Shown here: positions 12,361-26,354 of the stretch, piece after piece
How the letters are laid out: each line of letters begins with the position of its first letter
Numbering within the stretch: position 1 is the stretch's first letter
Assembly (NCBI GenBank): GCA_951406725.2
Contig: OX597814.1
Coordinates: 23,560,001-23,624,000, forward strand
Length of the DNA: 64,000 bases
Reading direction: 5' to 3'
Origin: Octopus vulgaris
Lineage: Eukaryota
Translations under genes and position numbers: made by a program
Notes under the pieces: model-generated
Seen by the model: the letters and a program-made list of their open reading frames with translations, nothing else
What the model was told of the DNA's origin: nothing
Databases searched by the model: none

Positions 12361-12911
12361 GAGTTAATCAAGGGAAAAGCGATTCTCAGAAAACCTTAAC
12401 GTGATATCTCAGACTCATGAGACTGATGGAGTTGGTGTTTAGTCATCTGTAGAACAATGGCTGCCGAAGAAATATGGCTGGAGAGAGAATTGCAGGGAGT
12501 TGTATCTCCGAGGAGAAAGAAGTGTGAAAAACATATTTTCGGAAATGGGAGGAGTGGGTGGGACAGAGTAATGATGGTATGCAGAGAATTTGAACACAGG
12601 ACTGTGAATCAATATTACAAATCACTTTGTTTAGAATTTAACTGTATTTGCCCAACTCAAGATACAGCTGACATTAAAAGTAGTCAGATGTCTTTTATAG
12701 GCTGTATTAGCTTCACACCAAATGTCATACATATATGTGCATGTATGTGTGCGTGTATTTCTTCAAAATTATGTTTGCCTATAGTATATACTATTATATA
12801 TTCATACATGCATATATACATATGAATGTACATGGTTATTTAAATTTAAATTTAAAATAATAAGGGTGAAGAATTGAATATTAATTTGATTAATATCAAT
12901 TTAAAACCAGT

Positions 12912-15900
12912 ATAGTTTAGCAATTATTATATCAGCCTATGCCCCTCAGCCAGGGCTGCCTGATGGACAGAAAGACCGTTTCTATGACACCCTACTGCAG
13001 ACCACCTCATTGACGAACGATAGGGACCTTCTCTTTGTGGCTGGTCACTTCAATGGGCATGTTGGACGATATGCTGGGGGCTTCCATGGCATACATAGAG
13101 GCTACGATTATGGTTCCCGCAACGAGGAGGGAACCAGGCTGCTGGAGTTCTGTGATGCGAATAGTCTTATGGTCTAACTTCAGGAAACCGACAAGCCACT
13201 TGGTCACCTACCGATCGGGCCGGCATACTAGCCAAATCAACTACATCCTTGCCAGAAAAAGGGAAAGATGGCTGCTTATAAATGCCAAAACCTTCCCAGG
13301 TGAAGAATGTACCCCACAACATAGACTGGTAGTTAGTGACTTTAGGATCAGGACTAAGAGGATGACTAAGAGGACGACCAGCATGGAGAAGAAGGGTCTG
13401 GAAGCTTAAAGACCCTGTGAATGGACAGAGATTTAGAGACATGTTACTTGAAGCATTTGACGAAATAGAAGGGGGTATAGCTACATATGGGGTAGAAGAC
13501 AACTGGACGCTTCTAAGGGACAACCTGCTGAAAGCCACTGACCAGATCTGTGGCTGGTGCAAAGTCCCCTCAAGACCCAAAATAACATGGTGGTGGAAAC
13601 AATATTGTTGACAGGGCTATTAGACAAAAGAAACAGGCTTGGAAGGACTGGAAGAACGGTGGTAGTAGGGAAGTGTATCAGACTGCCAGAAGGGAAGCTA
13701 GGAGGCAGGTGTATTTAGCCAGAAGGGAAGCAGATAAAAAAAATTTGCCAATCGTTCTGCACCGTGAGGATGAAAGACTTGAGGTATTTCATGTTGCAAG
13801 ACAGTGTGTAAGAGAATCGTGACGTGGTAGGAGAGAAATGTGTTCGCATGGATGACGGTTCACTTGCGCTAAATGAGGATGCAAAGAGAGAGGTTTGGAG
13901 ATGCCACTATGAAAGGTTTGCTGAATAAAGAAATTGAATGGGATAAAGAGAGTCTGCCGAATGTCAACCCAACAGAGGGACCAGCAATCCGAGTTGACAG
14001 TTCCTTAGTAGTTAAGGCAATTAGAAGCATGAAGACAGGGAAAGCCCCAAGCCCATCAGGAATTACTGCTGAGATGGTCAAAATATCTGGCAGGGTCGGT
14101 TATAGCCTAATCACCCGCATAGTTAACCAGGTGACACATGAAGAAGTCATACCCAATGACTGGTGTAGCAGCATAATAGTCAACTGCTACAAAGGTAAAG
14201 GTGACGCCCTAGATACAAATAATTACAGAGGTATCAAGCTGTTGGATCAGGTAATGAAGGTTACGGAGAGGGTTCAAAGCCCAACTAATTAGAGAGAGAG
14301 TTAGTTTAGATGAGATGTAGTTTGGTTTTGTGCCAGGGAAAAGCACTACTGATGCCATATTCCTAGTGAGACAGCTGCAGGAGAAATACCTAACCAAAGA
14401 TAAGCCCCTGTACCTGGCTTTCATTGACATGGAGAAAGCCTTCGACAGGATCCTCCGATCCCTTATCTGGTGGTCAATGAGGAAACTAGGGATAGATGAA
14501 TGGTTAGTGAGAGCTGTGCGAGCCATGTACAGGGATGCTGCTAGTAAGGTGAGGGTTGGCAACGTGTACACTGAAGAATTCAAGGTAGAGGTTGGGGTCC
14601 ACCAGGGTTCAGTCCTCAGATCCCTCCTATTTATCATAGTCCTCCAGGCAATTATGGAGGAATTCAAGACAGGATGTCCCTGGGAGTTCCTCTATGCTGA
14701 CGACCTTGCTCTAATTGCTGAGTCACTATCAGAACTGGAGGAGAAGTTCCAGGTGTTGAAGGAGGGATTTTAGAATCGAGGGGCCTTAGAGTCAACCTAG
14801 CTAAAACCAAAGTCCTAATAAGTAGGAAGGTAGACAAACCACAAACGCCTTCAGGTAGATGGCCCTGCTTGATCTGTAGAAAAGGCGTAGGTAGAAACTC
14901 TATAAGATGTACTCAGTGTAAGCTATGGACACATAAGATGTGCAGCAATGTCAAAGGAAGGCTAACTGGGAAGATAGTTTTTGTATGTGGCAGATGCTCA
15001 GGAGCAATAAACACTGAAAATCTGCAGAAAACAACTTCCGTCACTTTCCAGGGGGAAAGTCTAGAAGTAGTTGATAGTTTCCATTATCTAGGTGACCAAG
15101 TCAGTAGTGGGGGTGGGTGTGCTGAAAGTGTAACTGCTAGAGTAAGAATAGCCTGGGCAAAGTTCAAGGAGCTCTTACCTCTGCTGGTGACTAAAGGCCT
15201 CTCGCTCAGAGTAAAAGGCAGACTGTATGATGCATGTGTACGAACAGCCATGCTACATGGCAGTGAAACATGGGCCATGACTGCTGAGGACATGTGTAAG
15301 CTCGCGAGGAATGAAGCCAGTATGCTCCGATGGATGTGTAATGTCAGTGTGCATACTTGACAGAGTGTTAGTACCTTGAGAGAAATGTTGGACCTAAGCA
15401 GCATCAGCTGTGGTGTGCAAGAGAGACGATTGCGCTGGTATGGTCATCTGGCGAGAATGGATGAAGGTAGGTGTGTGAAAAAGTGCCACACCCTAGCAGT
15501 TGAGGGAACCCGTGAAAGAGGTAGACCCAGGAAAACCTAGGATGAGGTGGTGAAGCACGACCTTCGAACTTTAGGCCTCACCAAGGCAATGACCAGCGAC
15601 CGAGACCTTTGGAAATAAGCTGTGCATGAGAAGACCAGGCAGGACAGGTGAGTCCAGCCCACTTATGCATGTCTTTCCTCCCTTGGACACACAAAGACCT
15701 GTTGAGGCAAGTGAAGTCGAAATCGAACCTCATCCGACGACAGGCACCCATGCCAACCTCCCTTCATTGGACACTAAACTCTGCTTGCGAAGACCTGTTG
15801 TGGCAAGTGAAATCGAAATCAGAATCGAAATTAAACCAATCCTATGACTGGCACCCGGCAGTTTCCAGGACCGCTGGACTGACTCCTGTGCAGGTGGCAA

Positions 15901-16361
15901 GTGAAGAAACACCATTTTGACCCTGTGCTTCAGGAGATCCATTGAGTCAAGTACACCGACATCAAAATCAATGGAAACTGCAGTTGTGATCCCTGTGTCA
16001 GTGGCACATAAAAAGCACTATCCGAATCGTGGCCGATGCCAGTGCTGCCTTGACTGGCTTCCATGCCGGTGGCATGTAAAAAGCACCACCCGAATCGTGG
16101 CCGATGCCAGTGCTGCCTCAACTGGCTTCCATGCCGGTGGCACATAAAATGCACCAATCTGATCGTGGCCATTGCCTGCCTCGCCTGGCACCTGTGCAGG
16201 TGGCATGTAAAAAGCAGCCACTACACTCACGGAGTGGTTGGCGTTAGGAAGGGCATCCAGCTGTAGAAACACTGCCAGATCAGACTGGAGCCTGGTGCAG
16301 CCTTCTGGCTTCCCAGATCCCCGGTCGAACCATCCAACCCATGCTAGCATGGAGAACAGAT
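12912..16361 (+). mobile_element. 5'-truncated RTE-clade LINE (APE endonuclease + RT, pseudogenised) with ~700-bp 3' UTR
   Basis: APE motifs SAYAPQ, GHFNGHVG, SQINYIL, QHRLVV. RT motifs KGKGDALDTNNYRGIKLL, FVPGKSTTDAIFLVRQLQEK, FIDMEKAFD, GVHQGSVL, LYADDL, FHYLG, MLHGSETW, LRWYGHL. Several frameshifts and stops. Confidence 0.95.
16001..16220 (+). repeat. 68-bp tandem repeat in LINE 3' UTR
   Basis: Units start GTGGCA(C/T)(A/G)TAAAA at 16001, 16069, 16137 and 16200. The first two units are nearly identical. Confidence 0.85.
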
Positions 16362-17295
16362 GCCTATTCAATACTGATACTTCAATAGCCAATCAATACA
16401 CTTCTCACTCCAACCATGACACACACTAAAATACATAAAATGGCACATAGCAGCAAGTGCTTATTCCTATATGTCCCTAACACTGACACCACATTTATAC
16501 CAGAATAATGAAGTTCATTTTCATAATGTTGGTATACCTTTAGCTAATGTTCTACTGTTGTATTTCCCAAACATTTTAACTGTATTCCCTCTCTTTAATA
16601 CTCATCATCCTGGTCTCCCCACCTCGTAGTCTTGTATTCAGCATTTCATTGCATAACCTTAACCTTATATCAATTTAACATCAATTTAACATTAGCATTT
16701 TATGATGCTAATATTAACTCTAAGGAATATAATCTAAGAAAAAAAAACTGAATGATGAGTTAGGATTTTTCATCCTAAAAGCAATTTCCCTGCTGAAATC
16801 ATCAAATTTCCACCTGGAATCCTGAAAATTCCACTGGGAAGGTAGTGGTGGTGGTGGAGAAAGAATTACAGCTCTACCATAATAATTTCCCTTTCACACT
16901 GACTTTCATTACTGTATCAGTTCATTGCTTCCAAATATTCAACTCATGATGGTAATAAATATTCTTTCTTTTTGCATTAACTCGAGGATCCATTAAAATA
17001 TATATGGTTAACAGGTATGTAAATTACATAATTAACTAAATATTCATAAAAGAAACACATACATACCGACCTCACACATACACACATACACACACATGTA
17101 CACACACACAGACACACATACATATATACATACACATGTATACCCAAACACATAAACACATACACATGCCTGGGTGTACAGATGGAAGAATAAGTCCTCA
17201 GTATATATAAAGTATTGTATATTGAAGCTAATGATTTACTCTATTGGGACTCTGAGCTTCTTATATTAGCAGTTCATTCATACATGAAAACAATA

Positions 17296-17529
17296 CTCTT
17301 TTACTCTTTTACACTTTTACCTGTTTCAGTCATTTTGACTGTGGCCATGCCGGAGCACTGCCTTTAGTCGACCAAATTGACCCCAGGACTTATTCTTTGT
17401 AAGCCTAGTACTTATTCTATCAGTCTCTTTTGCCAAACCACTAAGTTACAGGGATGTAAACACACCAGCATCGGTTGTCAAGCAATGTTGGGGGACAAAC
17501 ACAGACACACAAACATATACACACACACA

Positions 17530-17560
<31 letters not shown>

Positions 17561-17722
17561 CATATATACAACGGACTTCTTTCAGTTTCTGTCTACCAAA
17601 TCCACTCACAAGGCTTTGGTTGGCCCAAGGCTACAGTAGAAGACACTTGCCCAAGGTGCCACGCAGTGGGACTGAACCGGAACCATGTGGTTGGTAAGCA
17701 AGCTACTTACCACACAGCCACT
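17296..17722 (-). mobile_element. SINE family A
   Basis: Reverse complement of 10080-10476. Confidence 0.9.
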
Positions 17723-18249
17723 ATAGTTTGAACTGATTCAAATTCAGAACACAGTAATTACCCTTTATTTTTAATGATATCAGCAGTAAAAAGCATGAGA
17801 TCGAGGCATATAGCAGCATAGGTTTGCAAGCTCTATATTGACCAGTTCATGTTACTCGTCATACATAGAAAGAAAAATTATTGCTATCTAGAAATTTGTA
17901 CTGTTATTCCTTGCTTAACATTGGTAAATTAATTCCCTGATGTACCCACAGGCATCAAAACATCGTTAATCAAAAGTAACTATCAATGGGAATAATTATA
18001 ATTAATCCTTAAAAATAAAAACAATAATTAATAATTACTATAAATCATTTTTCTTTTTTGACGAAAAAAATTATCAATTAACTGGGTAGTCTCAGGTTTT
18101 TCCCCCCACTGCATTCATGTTACAATAACAAGCAATTTTGAATACCAAAATCTGAATAAACGAGCATACATTTGTCAATATTTGGATCCATATCCATTAA
18201 TCGTTGTTTGGCTGAATCTTAGCAAAAAAAAAAAAAAAAAAGAATTCAA

Positions 18250-19300
18250 GTGCTTTCCATTATTCTGTTATTTCTTTACTGGTATTTTCTGTTTCTTCAT
18301 ATTCCTTTCCTTTTATTTTCGACGCCAGTTCATGCTCAATTCATCACGTAAATCTTTTGAAAGTAAAGTCAATAATTCTCCAACACTTTTCAAATCAACA
18401 TCCTTACAATCTTTTCCATAGGTAACAATTTCATCAATTGCTTTGATTACCGAATTTTTGTACATGTTAATGTTATTAGCACATCCAAGTAAAATATTCT
18501 CAGAAATTGTTTTTAATTTGCAAGATGTCATTTCTTCCTATGACTCATGAGTATTTTCAGTTTTGTTAATGTTGAATTCCTTTCAAAATTCTTAAAGAAT
18601 AATAGAATCTTCTTCAGGAGTAACTTTAACTACATGTGACAAAGTTCTTATATAATAAGCATTGAATGTAGCTAATGTTTCCTAAACCATATAACAATGA
18701 TGACTCTAAGAACTATATCAAATTTGTTGGCAAAAATAGACTCTGCACAATAGCACAAAATTTTTTAGTGACTAAGAATTTTCAGGGCCATTATCAAAAC
18801 TCAAAAGAACTTTGAAAATTAGATAACTTTTCTTACAATAAGTTTCAATTTCCAGACAAAAGTATGACACTAGCACTCTTCAAGCAAGACTTCATTTACT
18901 CAAGCCCTTTTATATGATCACCCAATGATTGGGTGAGATTTCTTGTCATATCCTTCATGTAAAAAAGATCTGAAGTAACCTTCAGCACTGCTTCCAAATA
19001 AAAAGTTTAAGTGATATTTTGATGTTTAATAAGGTTGCAGAAAAACTTGATAGCATTCACTTCCAGATAAAGCCAGTTTAGTCCCTGTTGAAAATTTCAT
19101 AATTCTTTACATTTTCCAGTTATTTTGTTCAGCATGAGTTTTAACAGCAGCATCTCCATCTGCAACCAGAGTATCCCCTGCCACTTTTATCTTCTTGATG
19201 CTTATTCAGGTTTTTCTATAGGCATAGTCTGCCATTGATATTTCTTTTCCTTTACTCAAGAAAAAAGATCAAGAACTTTGATTATAATATCATTTTTATT
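18250..19300 (-). pseudogene. Decayed Tigger/pogo DDE transposase
   Basis: Minus translations IKVAGDTLVADGDAA (cf. GExxSAD), FNRD*TGFIW (cf. FNADETGLFW) and FCLEIETYCKKSYLIFKVLLSFDNGP (cf. FVPEV...KVLLLLDNAPGH). Confidence 0.75.
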
Positions 19301-19351
19301 AAATGGAAAGCAATAATCTTCCATTCAAATTGTTAATTGGTTTTTGTCACA

Positions 19352-19755
19352 GCAGGAGTGGCTGTGTGGTGAGTAGCTTGCTTACCAACCACATGGTTCC
19401 GGGTTCAGTCCCACTGCATGGCACCTTGGGCAAGTGTCTTCTACTATAGCCTCATGCCGACCAAAGCCTCGTGAGTGGATTTGGTAGACAGCAACTGAAG
19501 GAAGCCTGTCATGTATATGTATATATATGTATGTATGTGTATATGCTTGTGTATCTGTGTTTGTACCCCTGACATCGCTTGACAACCGATGCTGGTATGT
19601 TTACGTCCCCGTAACTTAGCGGTTCGGCAGAAGCGACCGATAGAATAAGTACTAGGCTTACAAAGAATAAGTCCTGGGGTTGATTTGGTTGACTAAATGC
19701 AGTGCTCCAGCATGGCCACAGTCAAATGACTGAAACAAGTAAAAGACTAAAAGAG
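19352..19755 (+). mobile_element. SINE family A
   Basis: Near-identical to 10080-10476. Confidence 0.9.
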
Positions 19756-19800
19756 ATTTCCTCCATATAAACTTATTGGACTTTGATACTAATACATTAA

Positions 19801-20021
19801 CCCTTTCATTACCATATTTATTTTTAGATGCTCTGTGTTTCTTTCAAATATTTTAAATATAACAAAGAATTTAGTAAAATAACTTAGCTATCATTAAGCT
19901 AGTGTTAGGAATATAAATTGCAACTAATGTTTGGTGGTATATTTTGATGCAAAACTTATGAAAACAAGACATTTGTACTACAGAGCCAGAGCCAGTTTTG
20001 GCCGGGTTAGTAACGAAAGGG
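19801..20021. mobile_element. piggyBac-type MITE
   Basis: TTAA at 19797-19800 and 20022-20025; TIRs CCCTTTCATTAC / GTAACGAAAGGG. Confidence 0.85.
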
Positions 20022-21345
20022 TTAATGATGATGATCACACTTAATTTGATCCTTATTCTCATTTGCTTTATTCAGAATAGATCATATTCTTGACCTATTG
20101 CAGTTTAGCTCTCTTCCTATTTTTAATGTGTTTTCACTGCAATCATACCTTTTAATAATTTAAATGGTAATGACTTGACTTAAACAATAATATTTTTTTT
20201 TCTTTTTTTATTACTTTCTAGGTTGCTATCACTATTTCATGCAGATGTGGTTACATTGGAATGGTGATATTTTTAATTTCAAAAGTACATAGTAAATTTG
20301 TAAATAAATGTAATTTGTAACATGCCCATTTGCACTGGTGACTGGTGAGAAACTGAAGTGCATTAACAAAGTGAGAGAGAAGGAGAGAAGGGGAGAGAGT
20401 GTGGGGATGAGAGACAGACAGACAGATAGACAAAGACAGACACACACAAAGAGAGATTGTCAGCTCATTTGATCACTTCCAGCAAGCCATTTGCAAAGTA
20501 CAATAATCAAACTTTATAGGGGCAAATTAAAGAATGGTTGCAATATATTTAATCACAGTAATTAAAACCACATTCATCAAAACTGCAGTAAGAAATGGAT
20601 AGCTGTAGTTAAGGATGCTCAAGCACAGCAGCAGACATGGTGGTAGTGGGAATGGTGACAGCAGCAGTGGCAGTGGCAGTGGTGGTGATGGTGGTGGTGG
20701 TGGTGATAGTTCTAGTCTTGGTGGTGGTAGTAGCTATACAAATAGAAATTAATGCTATGAAATAGTGACAGATTAGCTGTTGACAGAGTTATAGGTGAGC
20801 AGTTATTGCATTAAAATATATTTCTCAACCAGACACAGTGAATGGTCCATCATTAAAACCACAGCTTTAAATATTAGTGTGTTGAAAAATGTAACTCATG
20901 TTCAGCAGAGAAATATTATGTTTTGATGCAACCTTTCACAATATAAAATAAAAAATATTTAAAATTCTGTAATTCGTTTGGCATAAAGCTAACTAAATAT
21001 CAAAAATGAACTTCTTCAATTTAAAAAAAAAACAGAGGCAAGTGTATTAACAAGGTCACCACCACCACCACCACTGTTACTGCTACAATGAGTTACAAAA
21101 CTTCTAGCATTTTGGTTGTTATGCAATGTTCTGATGATTTTCTCTGGGCACCCTCATGTATCTTGATAAGCCTGGGTGATTTATATTTGCTTTCTGGCAG
21201 ACAGCTTGTGTGAGCTTCGCCTCAGCAAGAGGGTCATATTTTATAACAGGTTTTCTGTGGCTTCCCTAGTGGCTCACCAATTCTGTACAAGACATACCTA
21301 TGTGACCACAAACTTCAGAGTCCAGGTAAGGCACTATAGTATCAG

Positions 21346-21633
21346 TGGAGGCACATAGCCTAGTGGTTAGAGCAGTGGACTCGCAGTCGAGGGATTGTGG
21401 GTTTGAATCTCAGACCAAGTGATGTGCAAAACACTGCGGCTCCGGCAGAAGGTAATGGCGAACTTCTGCTGACTCTTTCGCCACAACTTTCTCACATTCT
21501 TTCCTCCTGCATCTTGCAGCTCACCTGCGATGGACCGGCATCCCATCCAGGTGGGGAACCTATATGCCAAGGAAACCGGGAAACCGGCCCTATGAGCCAG
21601 GCATGGCACGAGAAGGAACAAACAGCAAAACAA
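21346..21633 (+). mobile_element. tRNA-derived SINE (family C-like head)
   Basis: tRNA-like head TAGCCTAGTGGTTAGAGCA...GGTTTGAATCTC; (AAC)-rich tail; approximate TSD ACT(A/G)TAGTAT. Confidence 0.7.
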
Positions 21634-24086
21634 CTGTAGTATTAACAGAATTGTCTTTGCACACTGATCTCCTTATGTGTGATCACTCATTTGTATTTTG
21701 TTGGAATGTGTTCACTCTGTCATAGACTCTTTGCTACCAGGTTTTCCTATCATGTGATATGTCTTCCCACACCAGTTTTGAAATCTCACTGATGCCAAAT
21801 GATTATTTTAGGTTGCTGTTGAATTGCTTTCTTGGCTTTTGTTGTGGTTGAGTGCCCAGTGACAATTCGCCATACAACATTTGCCTAGGAATTTTGCTGT
21901 CATCAAGACATACAACATGACAAACTGAGCACATACAGGATGAATGTGGGTTTCAGCACTCACTACACTGGCTCTTTCTAAAACCTTTGTGTCAGGGGTA
22001 TGAGTTGTCCAACGGATGGCCAGAATGTTTCTCAAACACTGTTCATGAAAGTCCTCAAGAGTTTTTAGGTGATGTCAGTACACTACCCATATTTCACATG
22101 AAAATAATAGGCATGTCATACATGCATACATACCACACACACACACACACACACACACATTATGGGCATCTTTCAGATTTCATCTTCCAAATGCACTTGC
22201 AAGGCTTTGGTCAGCCTAAGACTATAGTAGGTGCTGTGTGGTGGGACTGAACTGAAGACGACATGTTTGGTTGGCAAGCTTCTGAACCACACAACCATGT
22301 CTGCACCTATATGCATATTTACAATATTCATGTGCACACTGTTTCAATATATTCAATCTTAAATAACCATCAGGTGTTGTTTTCCTGCATACATAAATGG
22401 TGCCAGGTTAGTTTAAATAATAATTGGAAATAAGAACCCATCACAAATATTTATACATTTAATCTTTTGGTTATGTTCTGTTACTAGAGCTATTTCGGTT
22501 TACGATTTGCATATTAGAATGAAAGAGTTGAACTAGAATAAATATTTTTAAAGTTGCATATCCTTCCTAAATATATATATATATATATATACTCAACTTT
22601 TTACATGGTAAACATTGTTAGTATTCTATTACGCCATGAACTTATGTCTTCAGACTATGTGATTTGAATTTTATCTCTACTCTGTTTCCATATTACCTCG
22701 AGCCTTACTTCATTTATTAGCCTTCTAATTACCAATGACTTATATTTTGTAAATTTATATTTATTGACAGTATTAATTAATGTTACTTCTTGAAAGCTGT
22801 ACTTATATAATAACAACATAGTTAATTAATTTCAAATCAAGAATAGCATAGAAACTCAAATCATTCATATGCACAACTTCCTCTCTTTTGAAGCATAAAA
22901 TATAAATAAGATCAAATTCAAATAAACGGAAAGTGTTATTTTAATTTCTATACCTGCAGGTTGAAATTTGGAATGACTGCTTTTTTTGTATATTAACGAG
23001 GTTGTATTAATGTTTAATCAATATTACTGCAGCTAAATGATTATTCTTTTTTGAGCAGAAAATACATAGGTCCATGAATATGGTGATTCAATTCTGTTGA
23101 ATACTTTTTTTTTTCTTTCTGCTGAAAGGTATTTGTATTATTTTGGGACCTGACATGCATTAAATGTTATAATTACTAAACAATTAGCATTAACTAGAAG
23201 TCAATTTAAAGTACAATTTATTTTCAATACAATCTTAAGTATGTATTAATAAAACTGGGAGTTTGAATTGATTACTTTGATTGCAAACCTAAATATAAAT
23301 TTGGAAAATAAAAACTGAGAATTGCAATTTTCAGCAAATTGAATATATTAGACATACTCAGGGTTAAGATAATGTTTTTTTTTAATTAATTAGAAAGATG
23401 CATTTTGTAAGCTCTACAAGAGAGTAATACTGATAAAAATGATGTTCACTTAGAAGTTTTATAGGTTGACAATTGTAGAAAAAGCATGAGTCCAAAGGGC
23501 AATAACTTTGGAAGGAATGATTTGTATTTGACGTGAGGCCTAGCAGGCAAGATACAAAGGGTGGAAGGAATAATGACTTGGGTAAACAAAAAGCTGCACA
23601 GAGGCTGTTACAGCAGTGTTAGAAGAGGCAGAAAGAGGAAACATAATCTCTATAAAGTAATGATTGTTGTATGATGGTATTTACTAATTAGCAGAATAAC
23701 TCTGTTTTGGACGCAGTTGAGAATGCATATGTAGCACCAGTGGCAGCATCCTAATTATGTGAGAGGTATTCTAATGGAGGATTTAGTTTGTTTAGTGTCA
23801 GCAATTAATCAATGCTGGAATAATTTCTGCCCCTCATGAGAAATTATTATCTTTAGAATACAAGATTGCTGATGTAATATATTTCCACAATGAAAAAATC
23901 ATTGATTCTGAGGATTAAAATTTCTAGTAATTTTTATGCTTTTAGCCATGTGATTTTCTCGTGTATATATACATATATATATATATATATACATACATTG
24001 ACAAAAATGGTGAGACAACAAAAGAAAGAAAGAGACCTCGATATTATGTAAATAGGGGAATTTTTCTGTAAAGGTATGAAAGGTAA

Positions 24087-24229
24087 TGTTGCAACTCATT
24101 TCTACAGTTGATTGAACTGGAGCAATGTGAAATAAAGTGTCTTGATCAAAGACACAATACACAGCCTGGTCCAGGAATCGAACTCATGATTGTGAGTCTG
24201 GTGCTCTAATCAGTGAGCCATGTGCCTTC
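24087..24229 (-). mobile_element. SINE family C, 5' part
   Basis: Reverse complement matches the head of 62576-62906 (TGGCTCACTGATTAGAGC...GAGTTCGATTCC...CAAGACACTTTATTTCAC). Confidence 0.7.
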
Positions 24230-24242
24230 TCAATGTACATTA

Positions 24243-24509
24243 TTGGGTCATTCCATAAAGAATGCAGTGTTGTCAATTGCATGAACTAAAAATTGGAGGG
24301 GAACAGGATAAACTACCTGCATCAACTTGCTATAAAAGCAGGTAATAAGTGAATTTTGGAAGAGGGGCCTTGCAAGTCTACCAGATAGATGGAAGAGCAT
24401 TGTAGAAAATGAAGGAGAGTATATTTTAGATTAAAAAAGAACTTTGTTTATCTTAATTTTGAAAAATAAAAGAAATATTAAAAAACACATTATTTATTAG
24501 ATGACCCAA
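24243..24509. mobile_element. Tc1/mariner-type MITE
   Basis: TA-TTGGGTCAT... / ...ATGACCCAA-TA terminal inverted repeats. Confidence 0.6.
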
Positions 24510-24883
24510 TATATTAACAGCCTGTATAATTGTTTTATCAGAATTGTTTATAAAAACAAGAATCGTATTTACAGAAAATATTTATAAACAATATTGTTTT
24601 TATAAACATTTCATAGGAAATAATTACATGTCCTGCTACAAATTTTGCATTACATAGAAAACAAGATTAGACCATTGTTAACATACATTTCTATAAACAT
24701 AATGTGTGAATAGTCACAATGTGGCTGTTGAAACAATCATCATCATCATCATCATTCAACATCCATTTTCCATGCTGGCATGAGTTAGACTGTTCGATAG
24801 GAACTGGCAAGACCAGGAACTGCACCACATTCCATACCAATATCATAACTCCAGTCTTCAATCTTCATTTTGTTTGTTTGTTC

Positions 24884-24914
<31 letters not shown>

Positions 24915-24955
24915 TTTGTGTGTGTGTGTATGTGTAAGTCTATGGGTGTAGGTGT

Positions 24956-24989
<34 letters not shown>

Positions 24990-26354
24990 GTGTGTGTATG
25001 TCTCCTTGTCTTGACATCCTTTCTAAGTTGTAAATGACTCTCACTGTCATAGAAACTGTTATTCATTTCCAATATTCTGTGTAAAATGTCTGACTATGGG
25101 GAAATATTACCTTGCTTGAAAACAGGTGAAAATTGATGACAGGAATGGCATCTACCGGGAGAAAATCTGCCTCAAATAAACTCCATACAATTTCATACAA
25201 GCTTGGAAAATTGGATCCTTTTATTCACTCTTTTTATTGAAAGCTGATGATTCATTTCATTGCTGCTTCACATTTCTCACTTGGAAGTGAGTGTTCAAGT
25301 GGACTGAACTGAACAATGAGAATCATGGGACAGCAATATACCATCACCATCACCATCCAACGTTTGTCTTCAATGCTAGGATTGGGTGGATGTTGTTACA
25401 GCATCCAATGGGCTGGAACATTGTGTCAAGTTCGAATGTCTTTTCATGCATGGTTTCTATGGCTGGATACCCTTTTTAATGCCAATGGTGATAAAAAAAA
25501 AAAATAATAATTGGTGGTGGCATTTGGTGGTGGTGGTGTTTGGTGGTAGTAGTGTTTGGTGAAGGTAATGATGATGATGATGGTGATGATGATGGTGATG
25601 GTGATGATGATGATGATGTAAGTCTAGTTGCTTTCATAACATTATTATATTAGGAACATACTGCTTCCCACATATTTTTAATACACAATTCAATAGTCTG
25701 TCAAGAAGGAAATAATTGGAAATATTACATTTTTAAAATTCAAAGAACAAAGCTGTAATGTCTATGTTTACGGTAAATAAAGTTTGACAAAGAGCTCTCT
25801 TTAGAAATAATAACTGAAAACCAAGATAGCTGATAATTATATCTAAAATTAAGTTAGATATGTAGCTAATCTGGAATGACTTTAAAACACAGCAAATCAA
25901 GATTAAAAAAAAAGTTGGAATGTTTTCAATCAATTAAAGTCTTACCAGCTGCATACAAAATATAAGTACGTTTTGAAAGAAAAATGATTAGTCTGAAATC
26001 AGGAAATGAGAAATGCTTCAAGTTCTATTTCCTCAGTTTTCAAAATAAAAAATAAAAATAAAATAAAAATACCATCATCATAAAATAAAAAATACCATCA
26101 ACATAGGTATTGTATTACCAACTTTAGATTATTATTTTTTTTTTATAGAAAAGCTGTAGTCCCTTCTTATCACCCTTCTTATCACAAATTATCTTACAAT
26201 GATGATGAGTATAGTCAGAAATAAATTCAATACAATATTTTCTTTTACTTGTTTCAGTCATTGCATTGCAGCAATGCTGGGGTATTTGGAGTTTTATTGA
26301 ATTCAAATTCAAAATAACATAATGCTGTCACAGTTGAAATAACAACAAATAAAT

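Noticed and set aside
13007-15404. Minus-strand ORFs overlapping the LINE
   Set aside because: Antisense shadows of the RTE coding sequence.
16001-16220. CRISPR-like repeat/spacer appearance
   Set aside because: The spacers are homologous to each other, the array lies in a LINE 3' UTR of a eukaryotic sequence, and there are no cas genes.
21140-22090. Possible DNA transposon remnant around the SINE
   Set aside because: No diagnostic motif or TIR could be verified.
22950-23125. Possible minus-strand exon (CAG...CAG|GTATAG)
   Set aside because: Stops in all three frames.
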